Below are positions 1-9,211 of a stretch of 64,000 bases of DNA, in pieces. The number at the start of each line of letters is the position of its first letter. Positions within the stretch are counted from its first letter, which is position 1. The notes beneath the pieces were generated by a model. That model was given only the letters and a program-made list of their open reading frames with translations, was not told the origin of the DNA and made no database searches. Source of the stretch: Dehalococcoidia bacterium (GTDB lineage Bacteria > Chloroflexota > Dehalococcoidia > Lucifugimonadales > Lucifugimonadaceae); the NCBI GenBank assembly GCA_046583455.1, contig JAYGCG010000094.1, positions 2,121 to 66,120 of the forward strand. The letters are read 5' to 3'. Both the position numbers and the translations under genes were made by a program.

Positions 1-1461
1 CTGGTCATGGGCGGCGGCCTTCTGCCAGAGCACGACGCTTTGATCATCGATGAGGCGCATCATCTGGAGTCCGTCGCCACGCATAATTTTGGCTTCCGGG
101 TAGATCAACGGCAGGTTGAGGGCGACCTGTCAGGGTTGTCCGGGGATCGCGGCACGGTCAGCGACGCCATAAGGGCGTTGCGAGCGGCCGGGCAGGCGGA
201 CCCGGCGGCGGAAACGCTGGCCACGGGACTTCTGGAGGCGGTCGGCAGGGCTCGTTCCGCGGCGACCGAGCTGTTCCGGTCCCTGAAAGAGACGATGACC
301 GCGCTCACCCCGGGACGTGGGTTTCAGGGCAACGACATGCGCATCACCGAGGGGACCCGCCAGCAGCCGGCGTGGTCCGATCTTGAAGTCTCCTGGGAGA
401 ACTTTGACCTTGCGACCTCGACCGTGTCGCTCGGGTTGCGCGACATAGGTATCGCAATAGACAGGGCGTCTTCCTCACTTGAATCCCGAAATCTGCAGGC
501 TGTCGGGCTGAACGTGACAGCGGCGCTTGAGTCGATCGAGGAATCTCGGCGGGGTTTGCGGCAGGGGATTCCGGAGCCGGAAGACGGCATGGTCTGCTGG
601 CTGTCAGCACGGCCGCCAAACGGACCGATCGCCGTCAGCGGAGCGCCGCTGGCTGTCGGGCCGGCCCTACGGGATACGTTGTTTGAGCGAGAGCGGTGCG
701 TAATTCTGACGAGTGGAACGCTGGCCGACGAGGGCCGGTTCGACAGGATTCGTGACACCCTTGGGGTAGAGAGCGGCCGAGAGGTTGCACTTGGATCCCC
801 GTTTGATTTCAAAAAAGCGGCGCTTGTGCTGGTGCCGGGCGACATTCCCGAACCCAATCGCCCCGGATTCAACGAAGGGGTCGCTCAGGCGATCAAAGAC
901 GTGGCGATGGTTCTCAGGGAGCGGACGCTCGTGCTGTTCACGTCCAACTCGGCGCTGAACGCCACTAGGAGCGCCATCAAGTCTTCACTTGAAGCAGAGG
1001 GCATCAAACTGGTCGCGCAGGGGATCGACGGTCCGCCGCACCGCGTGATGAGGGCGCTGGACGCAAACAAAGCCACGGTCGCGCTAGGGGCTGCGAGCCT
1101 GTGGGAGGGGGTGGACCTGGAGGAGTCGTCTATCGGTGCTCTTATGATCGCCAGGCTGCCGTTCCCGGTGCCGAGCGACCCGGTGTTCTCGGCACGCTCC
1201 GAGTTATATGACGATGGATTTGGCGATTACGCAGTTCCATCCGCGGTGCTCCGGTTTCGACAGGGGTTCGGGCGGCTGATACGCAGTCGATCTGACCGCG
1301 GTGTGTTCATAGTTCTTGACTCACGCATGGCCACTCGCGGGTATGGTGCCGCATTCCGCGACGCGCTGCCGGGATGCGATATCGAGGTGGTACGTGCGTC
1401 TGAACTGGCTGCGCGTGTCAGCCGCTGGCACGCTGAGGCCCGCGCCGAGTCGCAAGGGTGA
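1..1461 (+). CDS. dinG: DinG/Rad3-family ATP-dependent DNA helicase, C-terminal ~485 aa (5' end outside window)
   Basis: Frame is open from base 1. DEAH box 'LIIDEAHHLE' sits at the start. Helicase C-terminal blocks 'LVLFTSNSALN' and 'GAASLWEGVDL...ARLPFPVPSDPV' are present. Confidence 0.8.
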   Translation: MVMGGGLLPEHDALIIDEAHHLESVATHNFGFRVDQRQVEGDLSGLSGDRGTVSDAIRALRAAGQADPAAETLATGLLEAVGRARSAATELFRSLKETMTALTPGRGFQGNDMRITEGTRQQPAWSDLEVSWENFDLATSTVSLGLRDIGIAIDRASSSLESRNLQAVGLNVTAALESIEESRRGLRQGIPEPEDGMVCWLSARPPNGPIAVSGAPLAVGPALRDTLFERERCVILTSGTLADEGRFDRIRDTLGVESGREVALGSPFDFKKAALVLVPGDIPEPNRPGFNEGVAQAIKDVAMVLRERTLVLFTSNSALNATRSAIKSSLEAEGIKLVAQGIDGPPHRVMRALDANKATVALGAASLWEGVDLEESSIGALMIARLPFPVPSDPVFSARSELYDDGFGDYAVPSAVLRFRQGFGRLIRSRSDRGVFIVLDSRMATRGYGAAFRDALPGCDIEVVRASELAARVSRWHAEARAESQG

Positions 1462-2345
1462 CCACCCAGATTTCGGCCGAAGGGACGTTCTTCCCGGTAA
1501 CTGAATTTGACTTGCCGGGCACGATAGACGGCGGACAGTCATTTCGCTGGTATGCGATCGAAGGCGATGACGGATCGCCTGATTCTGCGGGGTACAGGGG
1601 AGTAGTCGGCCGGTCGGTGCTTGAGGTGATGCCGGCGGGTGGCGGTCTTTCGGTGAAAGTCGTGTCCGGGGAGCCTGCAGACGTGGGCGCCATACACGCC
1701 TATCTGGGACTTGAAGACGATCTGGTCGGACTACGCGCAAAGTACGCCAACGACCAGGGCCTTGGACCGGCGTTGTCGGACTATCTGGGGTTGCGATTGC
1801 TCAGGCAGGATCCGTGGGAGTGTCTTTGCGGATTCATCTGTTCAGCGACGTCCAATATCCCGCGTATTAAGCTGAATATGGGCGCACTTGCATCCAACTT
1901 CGGTGAGCGTATTGGCCCCGCGTCGGCCGATTTCGCTTTTCCGGGACCGGAAGCGGTTGCCGCGGCGGGTGAACAGGCGGCGCGTGATCTCGCATGGGGC
2001 TTCCGGGCGCGCTACCTGGAGGGCGCAGCGATTGCGGTGGCGTCCGGGAAGTTCGTCCTGGAGCGATTGTTGGATATGTCCTATGAGGAGGCCCGTGAGG
2101 CGCTGATGACACTGGACGGCATCGGTCCGAAGATCGCCGACTGCGTGCTAGCGTTTTCCCTTCAGAAGGGCGAGGCGTTCCCGGTCGACCGCTGGGTTCG
2201 CCGTGCTATGGAGGAGTGGTACGGGGCGTCAGAGAAGATGTCCAACGATGCGATTGGTCAGATGGCGCGGGAACGTTTTGGTGAGGATGCCGCTTACGCC
2301 CAGCAGTATCTGTTCCACCGGCAACGACTGGCGGCGCGGGACTAG
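1458..2345 (+). CDS. ogg: 8-oxoguanine DNA glycosylase / DNA lyase, OGG1 type (HhH-GPD)
   Basis: N-terminal 'GQSFRW' OGG motif, HhH 'LDGIGPKIADCVLAFSL' and 'PVDRWVRR'. Start overlaps the stop of the upstream helicase gene by 4 nt. Confidence 0.75.
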   Translation: MTTQISAEGTFFPVTEFDLPGTIDGGQSFRWYAIEGDDGSPDSAGYRGVVGRSVLEVMPAGGGLSVKVVSGEPADVGAIHAYLGLEDDLVGLRAKYANDQGLGPALSDYLGLRLLRQDPWECLCGFICSATSNIPRIKLNMGALASNFGERIGPASADFAFPGPEAVAAAGEQAARDLAWGFRARYLEGAAIAVASGKFVLERLLDMSYEEAREALMTLDGIGPKIADCVLAFSLQKGEAFPVDRWVRRAMEEWYGASEKMSNDAIGQMARERFGEDAAYAQQYLFHRQRLAARD

Positions 2346-2573
2346 GGGCGGGAGTGCCCCGCCGCCCGCATAACAAACTGTCAACCTGAGCCCGAGACGA
2401 AGGATCTCCGGGGTGATCACCACTCCGAGGCCCAATCACCCCGGACAGCTATTTTTCTGATATAAGTAGTTCTTCGAGGGCACCTGTGGCCTCGGTGGGC
2501 AGTTCACTTGAGTGATCCGTGAGGACGTGAGCGTTGTTGTCACAGGCAGACAATCTGATGGACGAAGAGCCGG

Positions 2574-2602
2574 GAGATTCTTCGCCTCCGGCTCAGAATG
2601 AC
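2574..2602 (-). repeat. REP-like palindrome of the GTCAT family (minus-strand reading GTCATTCTGAGCCGGAGGCGAAGAATCTC)
   Basis: Intergenic between convergent ogg and cca. AGATTCT/AGAATCT inverted arms around a 13-nt loop. Same 5'-GTCAT head as the other copies listed below. Confidence 0.6.
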
Positions 2603-2644
2603 ATCACGGGGGTGTAGCGCAAGTGCAGGGCGCGGCCTCATCGC

Positions 2645-3979
2645 CTAACGGCCATTTCCGTTCGACAACATCACCGGTAGCCGACGCCTCACGAGCGTTA
2701 ACTCGTCGTCTCGGGTGCCGACGATCCTGTCCAGCCGCGCCCGGCGGAGCTCATCTAGCAGCCGTCCGATCAGCGGCCCCTGGGGCACGCCTGCTTCAAG
2801 AAGGTCGTCTCCTGAGAGCAGCGGCTCCCGGAAGCGCAGCTCCTCCAGCCATGAGCGGAGCGCCGCACGTTGCCGGGTCGCGGGCGCCAGTTGGAGCTGG
2901 GCTTCAAGCGCCAGTATCGGGAATCCCGAAAGCAGCTCGGCTATCTCACTTGGACGAAGATCGGAGCGTTCAAGTACCGAAGCGATTTCTTGATATGTCG
3001 ATCCGGCGCCCAGCGCCTCTCGCCAATCGGCAGGCGGATCGAGTCTTTTAATGAGCGTGCCGGCCTCGGATTTCGTGAGACGAGCGCCGATCAATGAGAC
3101 GTGAAATAAAGGCTCACGATCTGGCGTGTCTTTTATCGCCTGAAGTGATCGGCTGGAGATCCGGAACGCCGGAGAGATAGAGCCAAGAACACCAAGTTCT
3201 TCAGCCCGGCCAAGGGCCTCAGCCCTCGTGGTTTCTCCCAGGATGAATCGAAAATCAGCCAGCACCCGCGCCGGCGATACGGCGTCAAAATGAGCTCCAT
3301 CTCGTTGTATGTCGTCTACCGTCGTCGGTTGAATCTTGAAACCCAGTCGGGCCTCGTATCGCACGGCCCGGAGTGCACGTGTTGGGTCGTCCGCGAAGCT
3401 GTCGGGATGGAGCGTTTTCACCCGCTTCATCATCAGATCGGACATCCCGCCGTGTGGGTCGATCAACTCACCCCAACTATCGCTCGACAGGTCTATCGCC
3501 ATCGCATTTATGGTGAAATCGCGCCGAGCTAAGTCTTCAGTAATGCCGGACGGCGTCACATCAGGCAGCGCGCCGGGGTGCGCATACGTTTCTACTCTTG
3601 CGGTCGCCACGTCGACGGTGAAAGCGTCGGTTTCGATGTCTGCGGTCCCAAACTCAGAAACCTTCGTGACCTGTCCGCCCAACTCGTTAGAGAGTGCGGT
3701 TGCGTAGCCGGGTCCGTTTCCGACCACAGACAGATCGATATCGACCGAGCTTTCGCCTCGCAGAAGATCTCGCACCATGCCACCGACCAGATACAGTTCA
3801 TGGACTTTTACGGTCTCCCGGGTTGCCACGAGCGCGGCAGAACGCAGTACATCAAGGACCGGTCCAGGCAGTGAGCGTTCCATCAAGTTGGCGACGTTGG
3901 GCATAGTGATCTGGAGGGGCAGGGTGTTGGCGTGGATCTGGACGTTTTCGGGACCGAATCTCAGTCTAGCGGAGGGCAC
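2645..3979 (-). CDS. cca: CCA-adding tRNA nucleotidyltransferase / poly(A) polymerase family protein
   Basis: Head-domain motif 'LYLVGGMVRDLLRG..SVDIDLSV', length 444 aa. Start uncertain; an alternative ATG lies at 3904. Confidence 0.75.
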   Translation of the reverse strand: MPSARLRFGPENVQIHANTLPLQITMPNVANLMERSLPGPVLDVLRSAALVATRETVKVHELYLVGGMVRDLLRGESSVDIDLSVVGNGPGYATALSNELGGQVTKVSEFGTADIETDAFTVDVATARVETYAHPGALPDVTPSGITEDLARRDFTINAMAIDLSSDSWGELIDPHGGMSDLMMKRVKTLHPDSFADDPTRALRAVRYEARLGFKIQPTTVDDIQRDGAHFDAVSPARVLADFRFILGETTRAEALGRAEELGVLGSISPAFRISSRSLQAIKDTPDREPLFHVSLIGARLTKSEAGTLIKRLDPPADWREALGAGSTYQEIASVLERSDLRPSEIAELLSGFPILALEAQLQLAPATRQRAALRSWLEELRFREPLLSGDDLLEAGVPQGPLIGRLLDELRRARLDRIVGTRDDELTLVRRRLPVMLSNGNGR

Positions 3980-4116
3980 CCGAAACGACCCTCGAAAACT
4001 GTCACGGGTAATCGGCTTTTGACCCGGCTTCGTGCGCTAACTAAACTATCGGTGCTTCCGACGATCTGACGGTCGATGTGTAGAGGTCGGACGCATCAAA
4101 CAGCGGAGGAACCGAC

Positions 4117-4761
4117 TTGACGACAAAAAACGTTATTAAGACCGAGATTTTTATCGACTTCACCTGACCGTGGGTCAAGCAGGCGGGCAGTTGGCTCGCT
4201 GACGTGAAGGAAGAACTTGGCGACGAGCTGGAGATAACCTGGCGGAGTTTTGCTCTCGAGCAGGTGAACAGCAAAGAAGGCGATGACTGGAAGGCGTGGG
4301 AGCAGGGCCCGGACTACGAGAGCCGTGGACTGCTCGCACTGTGCGCCGGTGAAGCGTCCAAGAGCCAGGGCAACAAACTGCACAACGTGTTCTTTATGAA
4401 CCTGCTTGAGGCACGTCACGTGGATCGTAAAGACGTCCGTGAGCGAGACGTGATTCTTGAGATCGCCCGAGATAGCGGTCTGGACATGGACAGCTTTGAG
4501 AAAGAACTGGACGACCCCGAGACCCTGAAGAAGGTTGGCGCGGACCACGAACGGGCCGCAGAGCTGGGTATCTTCGGCACGCCTACATTCGTGTTTGAGG
4601 ACGCTCCCCCGACCTTTGTGAAGACCTACACGCCCCCGAAAAATGAGGCCGTTGCGACATTCCGTCACTTCATCGCCCTTTCGCGGGACAGTAAACTTTT
4701 CGGCGAGATCAAGCGCCCGCAGCCGCCGTGGCCGCGGGGCGTTTTCGACGACGACAAGTAG
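4117..4761 (+). CDS. DsbA/FrnE-like thiol-disulfide oxidoreductase, candidate selenoprotein (in-frame TGA 4165-4167 read as Sec)
   Basis: The ORF track starts at GTG 4204, which lacks any redox motif. The same frame upstream reads TTG 4117 (GGAGGA at 4105-4110, 6-nt spacer) 'TTKNVIKTEIFIDFT-TGA-PWVKQAGSWLADVKEELGDELEITWRSFALEQ'. This matches the FrnE N-terminus pattern '..IxxDFxCP[FW]C....L.......V.V.WRSF.L', with TGA at the first Cys. C-terminal 'GIFGTPTFVF' is typical of DsbA-like proteins. Confidence 0.7.
4174..4203 (+). promoter_or_regulatory. SECIS-like hairpin downstream of the in-frame TGA
   Basis: Starts 7 nt after TGA 4165-4167. Left arm GTCA(A)GC(A)GGC pairs with right arm GCT(C)GCTGAC (9 bp including one G-U, plus one bulge and one A.C mismatch). 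The 9-nt apical loop GGGCAGTTG contains GUUG. Folded by eye only. Confidence 0.45.
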
Positions 4762-4770
4762 AGATTCTGC

Positions 4771-5532
4771 GTGCCCGGGCATTTTGCAGATGATGTACGT
4801 CTGGGTGAGCTTGAGGAGCGACTTGGTGTCCGGTTCAAGGACAGGTCGCTTCTCAGGCTCGCGCTCACGCATAGCTCGTACCTGAACGAAAATCCTTCGG
4901 AGTCTCTCGAATCTAACGAGAGGCTTGAGTTTCTGGGTGATGCTATTCTCGGCGCCGGAATCGGGCACCACCTCTTCCATGATGCCCCGGAAGCGGAAGA
5001 AGGCGACCTCACTGCGATTCGCTCGCAGGTCGTCCGAGAACGCGCTCTTGCGCTGGCCGCAGGGCGGATCGGCCTGGGCGGTTACTTAACCCTTGGCCGA
5101 GGTGAAGACGCCAACGGCGGACGTGAAAGACCGTCAATCATGGCGGATGCCCTTGAAGCCGTGATCGGCGCAATCATGGAAGACCAGGGCTACGAAGTGG
5201 CCTCGGAATTTGTCGTCCGTTGCTTGGAGCCGGAACTTACTGCGGCGATGAGCGCAGGATCGCCAAAGGATCCGAAGTCGTTGCTTCAAGAGCGAGTCCA
5301 GGCCAATGGCGCAGCTCCGCCTGCATACCGGGTCCTGCGAGAAGACGAACAGGACGAACGCGGACGGTTCACAGTGCAAGTGTTGATCGCGGGAAACGTG
5401 ATCGCCACCGGAGTCGGGCGCAGGAAGCTGGATGCTGAACGTATGGCGGCGAGTAAGGCACTCGAATCCGAAGAATTCACGATATTCCCGACAGATCACG
5501 GCGTTTCCGGCACCGCTCACGACGATAATTGA
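4771..5532 (+). CDS. rnc: Ribonuclease III
   Basis: RNase III signature 'ERLEFLGDAIL', catalytic 'ADALEAVIGAI', C-terminal dsRBD-like segment. Confidence 0.9.
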   Translation: MPGHFADDVRLGELEERLGVRFKDRSLLRLALTHSSYLNENPSESLESNERLEFLGDAILGAGIGHHLFHDAPEAEEGDLTAIRSQVVRERALALAAGRIGLGGYLTLGRGEDANGGRERPSIMADALEAVIGAIMEDQGYEVASEFVVRCLEPELTAAMSAGSPKDPKSLLQERVQANGAAPPAYRVLREDEQDERGRFTVQVLIAGNVIATGVGRRKLDAERMAASKALESEEFTIFPTDHGVSGTAHDDN

Positions 5533-5660
5533 TATCGAAGTGCCTCGGCCTTTCAGCCACTCATCGATGACAAAGCGCCCAACGGGCGAGGGAGATCGAA
5601 CTGCTTAGACTTTTTCGTCGCAAAGGGAAGACCGAATCAAGCTCCTCAAAGACCGGGGCC

Positions 5661-6548
5661 TTGTGGTCTCGATCCATAGGCGCCCTGTTCCGCCGTACCG
5701 CGCTCGATGATGATTTCTGGGACGATCTTGAAGAGTCCTTGATCGTTGCAGACGTCGGGGCGATTACGACGATGGAACTGCTCGATACCCTTCGCGACCG
5801 CGTTTCCGATGAAGGGTTGAAGGAGCCGTCCGGCGTCAGGGCACTACTCCGGGAAGAGATGACGGCGCGTCTGAGGAAATCCGGTGCCGGGACAGCGTTA
5901 ACTACTGAAGATGTCGATACCGCCGTGCTGATTGTTGGGGTGAACGGCGCAGGCAAGACGACCACTATCGCCAAACTAGCTCATACGGCAAAAGCCTCCG
6001 GACAGGAAGTCATACTTGCCGCTGCGGATACGTTCAGGGCTGGCGCCATAGAGCAACTTCAGATCTGGGGTGAGCGGGTAGGTGTCGATGTGATCGTCCA
6101 CCAGGCCGGGGGCGACCCGGGAGCGGTCGCCTTTGATGCGATGGAGGCGGCCCGGGCGCGGAACGCCAATATGGTGATTATCGATACTGCAGGCCGACTG
6201 CACACGCAGACTAACCTGATGGACGAGTTGAAAAAGATCCGGGGAGTCATCGCCAGACAGGCCGGCGACTTCGACCAGCGAGTGCTGCTGGTGATAGACG
6301 GGACAACCGGACAGAACGGCCTGATGCAGGCGCGATCGTTCACCGAAGCCGTCAAGTGTGACGGGGTGATCCTGACCAAGCTGGACGGAACCGCGCGCGG
6401 TGGAATAGTGCTGGCGATCGCCAGAGAACTGGGCCTCCCGGTGCTGTTTATCGGTACTGGCGAGACGCTGGAAGATCTGGCGGTGTTCGACCCGGACGAA
6501 TTCGTGGACGCTCTTCTCCCTGAGGAGGCCGCGGAAGTCTCAGGTTGA
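5661..6548 (+). CDS. ftsY: Signal recognition particle receptor FtsY
   Basis: SRP GTPase motifs 'GVNGAGKTTTIAKLA', 'DTAGR', 'TKLDGTARGG'. The frame is open back to 5571 ('LFRRKGKTESSSS' looks like an FtsY N-terminus), so the true start may lie upstream of the listed TTG 5661. Confidence 0.85.
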   Translation: MWSRSIGALFRRTALDDDFWDDLEESLIVADVGAITTMELLDTLRDRVSDEGLKEPSGVRALLREEMTARLRKSGAGTALTTEDVDTAVLIVGVNGAGKTTTIAKLAHTAKASGQEVILAAADTFRAGAIEQLQIWGERVGVDVIVHQAGGDPGAVAFDAMEAARARNANMVIIDTAGRLHTQTNLMDELKKIRGVIARQAGDFDQRVLLVIDGTTGQNGLMQARSFTEAVKCDGVILTKLDGTARGGIVLAIARELGLPVLFIGTGETLEDLAVFDPDEFVDALLPEEAAEVSG

Positions 6549-6716
6549 TCTCCTGTTAACTCGTTCCGATGGTACGAATCCCCGGTTCCGCGCCACTTCG
6601 TATTCTGGATCGTCAGAATCAAGCATAGTCGGAGCCATAACCGGCGTCCGGGAACATCCGCGAACCCCTGGGAATTCCAGAGTTACGTGCACCCAGCGTG
6701 AGGCCGCTGAGATTCG

Positions 6717-9211
6717 ATGACTGAAACCCTGCGCTGGCTGGTGACTGTAGAAGTTATCGGCCTCATTACGCTGCCGATCGTATGGCTATCATTGCCATAC
6801 CCTCGCGACCGCGGCGCGGGACTTGCCAAGCCTTTGGGGCTGATCCTGGTGGGCGGGACCGTGTGGCTCGCCAGCGATATGGGCCTGCTTCCAAACTCCG
6901 GCGCGGCGTACTGGCTCGTGACCGCCGTATTTGCAGGGGTTTCAGTGTGGATACTCCGGGGACGCCGGCATCGGTTCGGCCGATTTGTGAGAAAAGAGTG
7001 GCCGGCGTTGCTCGCCGGAGAGCTCCTGTTTCTCCTGTTTTTCGCCGCATGGGCCTTTATCAGGTCTCACCAACCTGACATCTCCGGCACCGAGAAACCG
7101 ATGGAGCTGCTGATGCTCAACGCGGTCACGGTCTCGGGAAGCGCACCTCCCGCAGACCCCTGGCTGGCGGGCGAGCCGGTGGCCTACTACTATTTTGGGT
7201 ACTGGATTCTCGGCGGCATCGGACAGATGGCAGGGGTGGTGACATCGGTCGGATTCAACCTGTCGCTGGCACTGATCGCCGGAATGGCGGCGTCTGCGGC
7301 GTTCTCCGTGGCGTACGGAATGATCCTGCCCGGTCGTATCCGAGATCGAGCCGCGCTCCCGATCGCTGCGTCTGCTGCCGTGCTGTTGCTCGTGGCGTCC
7401 AACTACACGGGTCTCTGGGAGTTCGGGGCCGGAACATCGCTCGGCTCAGAAGGTTTTTACGACTGGCTCGCAATCAAAGACGTGACGATAGAAGGCGTCG
7501 ATGGCGGGGCTACCGCCAACAGTTGGCGACCCGACAACTACTGGTGGTGGTGGCATTCATCGCGGGTCATCAACACGTTCGATATCGTGCCGATCGCGGC
7601 AACAGATTCCGGCCTGGATTTCACCATCCAGGAGTTTCCGTTCTTCAGCCTGCTGCTGGGGGACCTGCATCCGCACCTGATATCGATCCCGTTCCTGCTG
7701 CTCGCTCTTGGCCTCGTGCTGAACCTGTTCTTGACCCCGGGCGCCGGGAGACCGGGCCGGATGATTGGACAGCCGATGCAGTGGTTGTTGCTGTCGATCA
7801 CACTCGGAGCGCTGGGCTTCATCAATGCATGGGACCTGGGCTTCGCGGCCGCGCTCGTGTTCATCGTCGTGGCGGTCAAGATGTACCGGGACGAGTCGAT
7901 GGCCCTTCTGCTAGCCGTGTTCAGGGGTCTGCTGACGACGTTGCTTGTCCTCGGTCTAGGGGTTGCGATATTTGCCGGTTTCTACTTCGGGACGTTCAGC
8001 AGCCAGGTGGACTGGAGCGCTCCGATAGGCGCTGCGAGGTACGCGACGAGGCCGATCCACATGCTCACGGTCTGGGCCATGTTCGTGGTCCTGCTCGCAC
8101 CCCTCTGGTTAACGGTTTCCGTTCGAGTGGTGCGAGCTTATGTTCACCGGGTCAGGTCCGAGCGAGACGACGCTGGGGCTGGCGATCTGGATGGTGGCGC
8201 CTCGTCCGGCGTCACAAATTCAGAACCTGTTGGACGGGCGGACGCAGCCCCGGCGATGGCCGTGTCGCTGGCGCTCGCCGTCCCGTACGTCCTCTGGGCG
8301 ATTGTGCATCTGTCCACGAACGACTCCGCTACGAACTCAGACCTTTCCGGCGCGCCCTGGACGTGCTTCCGCTCGCCGTCCTGTCGGGGCTGTCCATGCT
8401 CGCCTTGCTCTACTACGCCCGCAGATCTGTTTCGGACACGCTGGTGTTTGCTCTGGCGCTGCTCGCGATGGCCCTTTACATGGTTTACGGGGCGGAACTC
8501 CTGTACATCAATGACCTGTTTGCCAACCGCATGAACACGGTTTTTAAGCTGTACTACCAGGTGTGGATAGTAGTGGGAGTGGTCGGAGCATACGGACTTC
8601 ATTTCTGGGTGCGCAGCCATGAGAATTGGAGTGGTATTCGCCGATCTGTAAGTGAAACCGGAGCCGTGATCGCTGCCGTAATGGTGTTAGGGGCGTTGTA
8701 CTATCCGGCAGCTTCTCTGGACACCAGGACAAACGGGTTCTCCGGGGAACGAAGCCTGGACGGGACGGCATTTATAGCAAATTTGTGGGCGACAGAGTCC
8801 TCTGCGATCGAGTGGCTGTCAGAAAACGCACGCAAGGATGCCGTACTGGTAGAGGCGGTTGGAGGCAGTTACACAGATTTTGGGCGTATCTCGTCTTCCA
8901 CTGGGATACCGACGGTGCTGGGATGGACATTCCACGAGGAACAGTGGCGTGGCGGTCGTTCCTCGTTTGACGGACGGCAGGGGGATGTGGAGCGTATTTA
9001 TGCCACTGGTTCTGAGGAAGAAATTGACGAGACGAGGGCAATTCTGAAACGCTACGAGATCGACTACATAGTTGTTGGCCCTCGCGAACGGTCTACGTAC
9101 CCCGATCTTGACCTTGATCGCCTTACGCAGATCGGCGAACGTGTCTATCCGGTCGACGGGATAGATTTTGGGCCGCGTGATTACGTAATAATTGACGTTG
9201 GCGGGAGTTAA
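6717..9211 (+). pseudogene. YYY-domain (DUF2298 / TIGR03662-like) polytopic membrane protein, interrupted by an apparent 1-nt frameshift near 8325-8340
   Basis: 'EPVAYYYFGYWILGG' YYY motif. ORF 6717..8534 looks membrane-like up to '...VPYVLWAIVHLSTND', then degenerates into Cys/Arg-rich junk. ORF 7523..9211 is junk until 'RYELRPFRRALDVLPLAVLSGLSML...', then looks membrane-like, with the C-terminal 'TVLGWTFHEEQWRG' block. The frame changes from 0 to 2 (mod 3), consistent with a 1-nt deletion or a base-calling error. Confidence 0.6.

Noticed and set aside
2346-2363. GC-rich hairpin right after ogg as an intrinsic terminator
   Set aside because: It has only a 6-bp stem (GGCGGG/CCCGCC) and no downstream T-tract. 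Too weak to annotate.
4096-4980. 294-aa minus-strand ORF spanning the dsbA-like and rnc genes
   Set aside because: It is antisense to two genes with clear family motifs, and its composition is Arg/Leu-rich with no motif. This is a typical shadow ORF in high-GC DNA.
6717-9211. Treating 6717..8534 and 7523..9211 as two genuinely overlapping genes
   Set aside because: Each ORF is protein-like over only half its length, and the halves abut near 8330. One frameshifted gene explains the data better.
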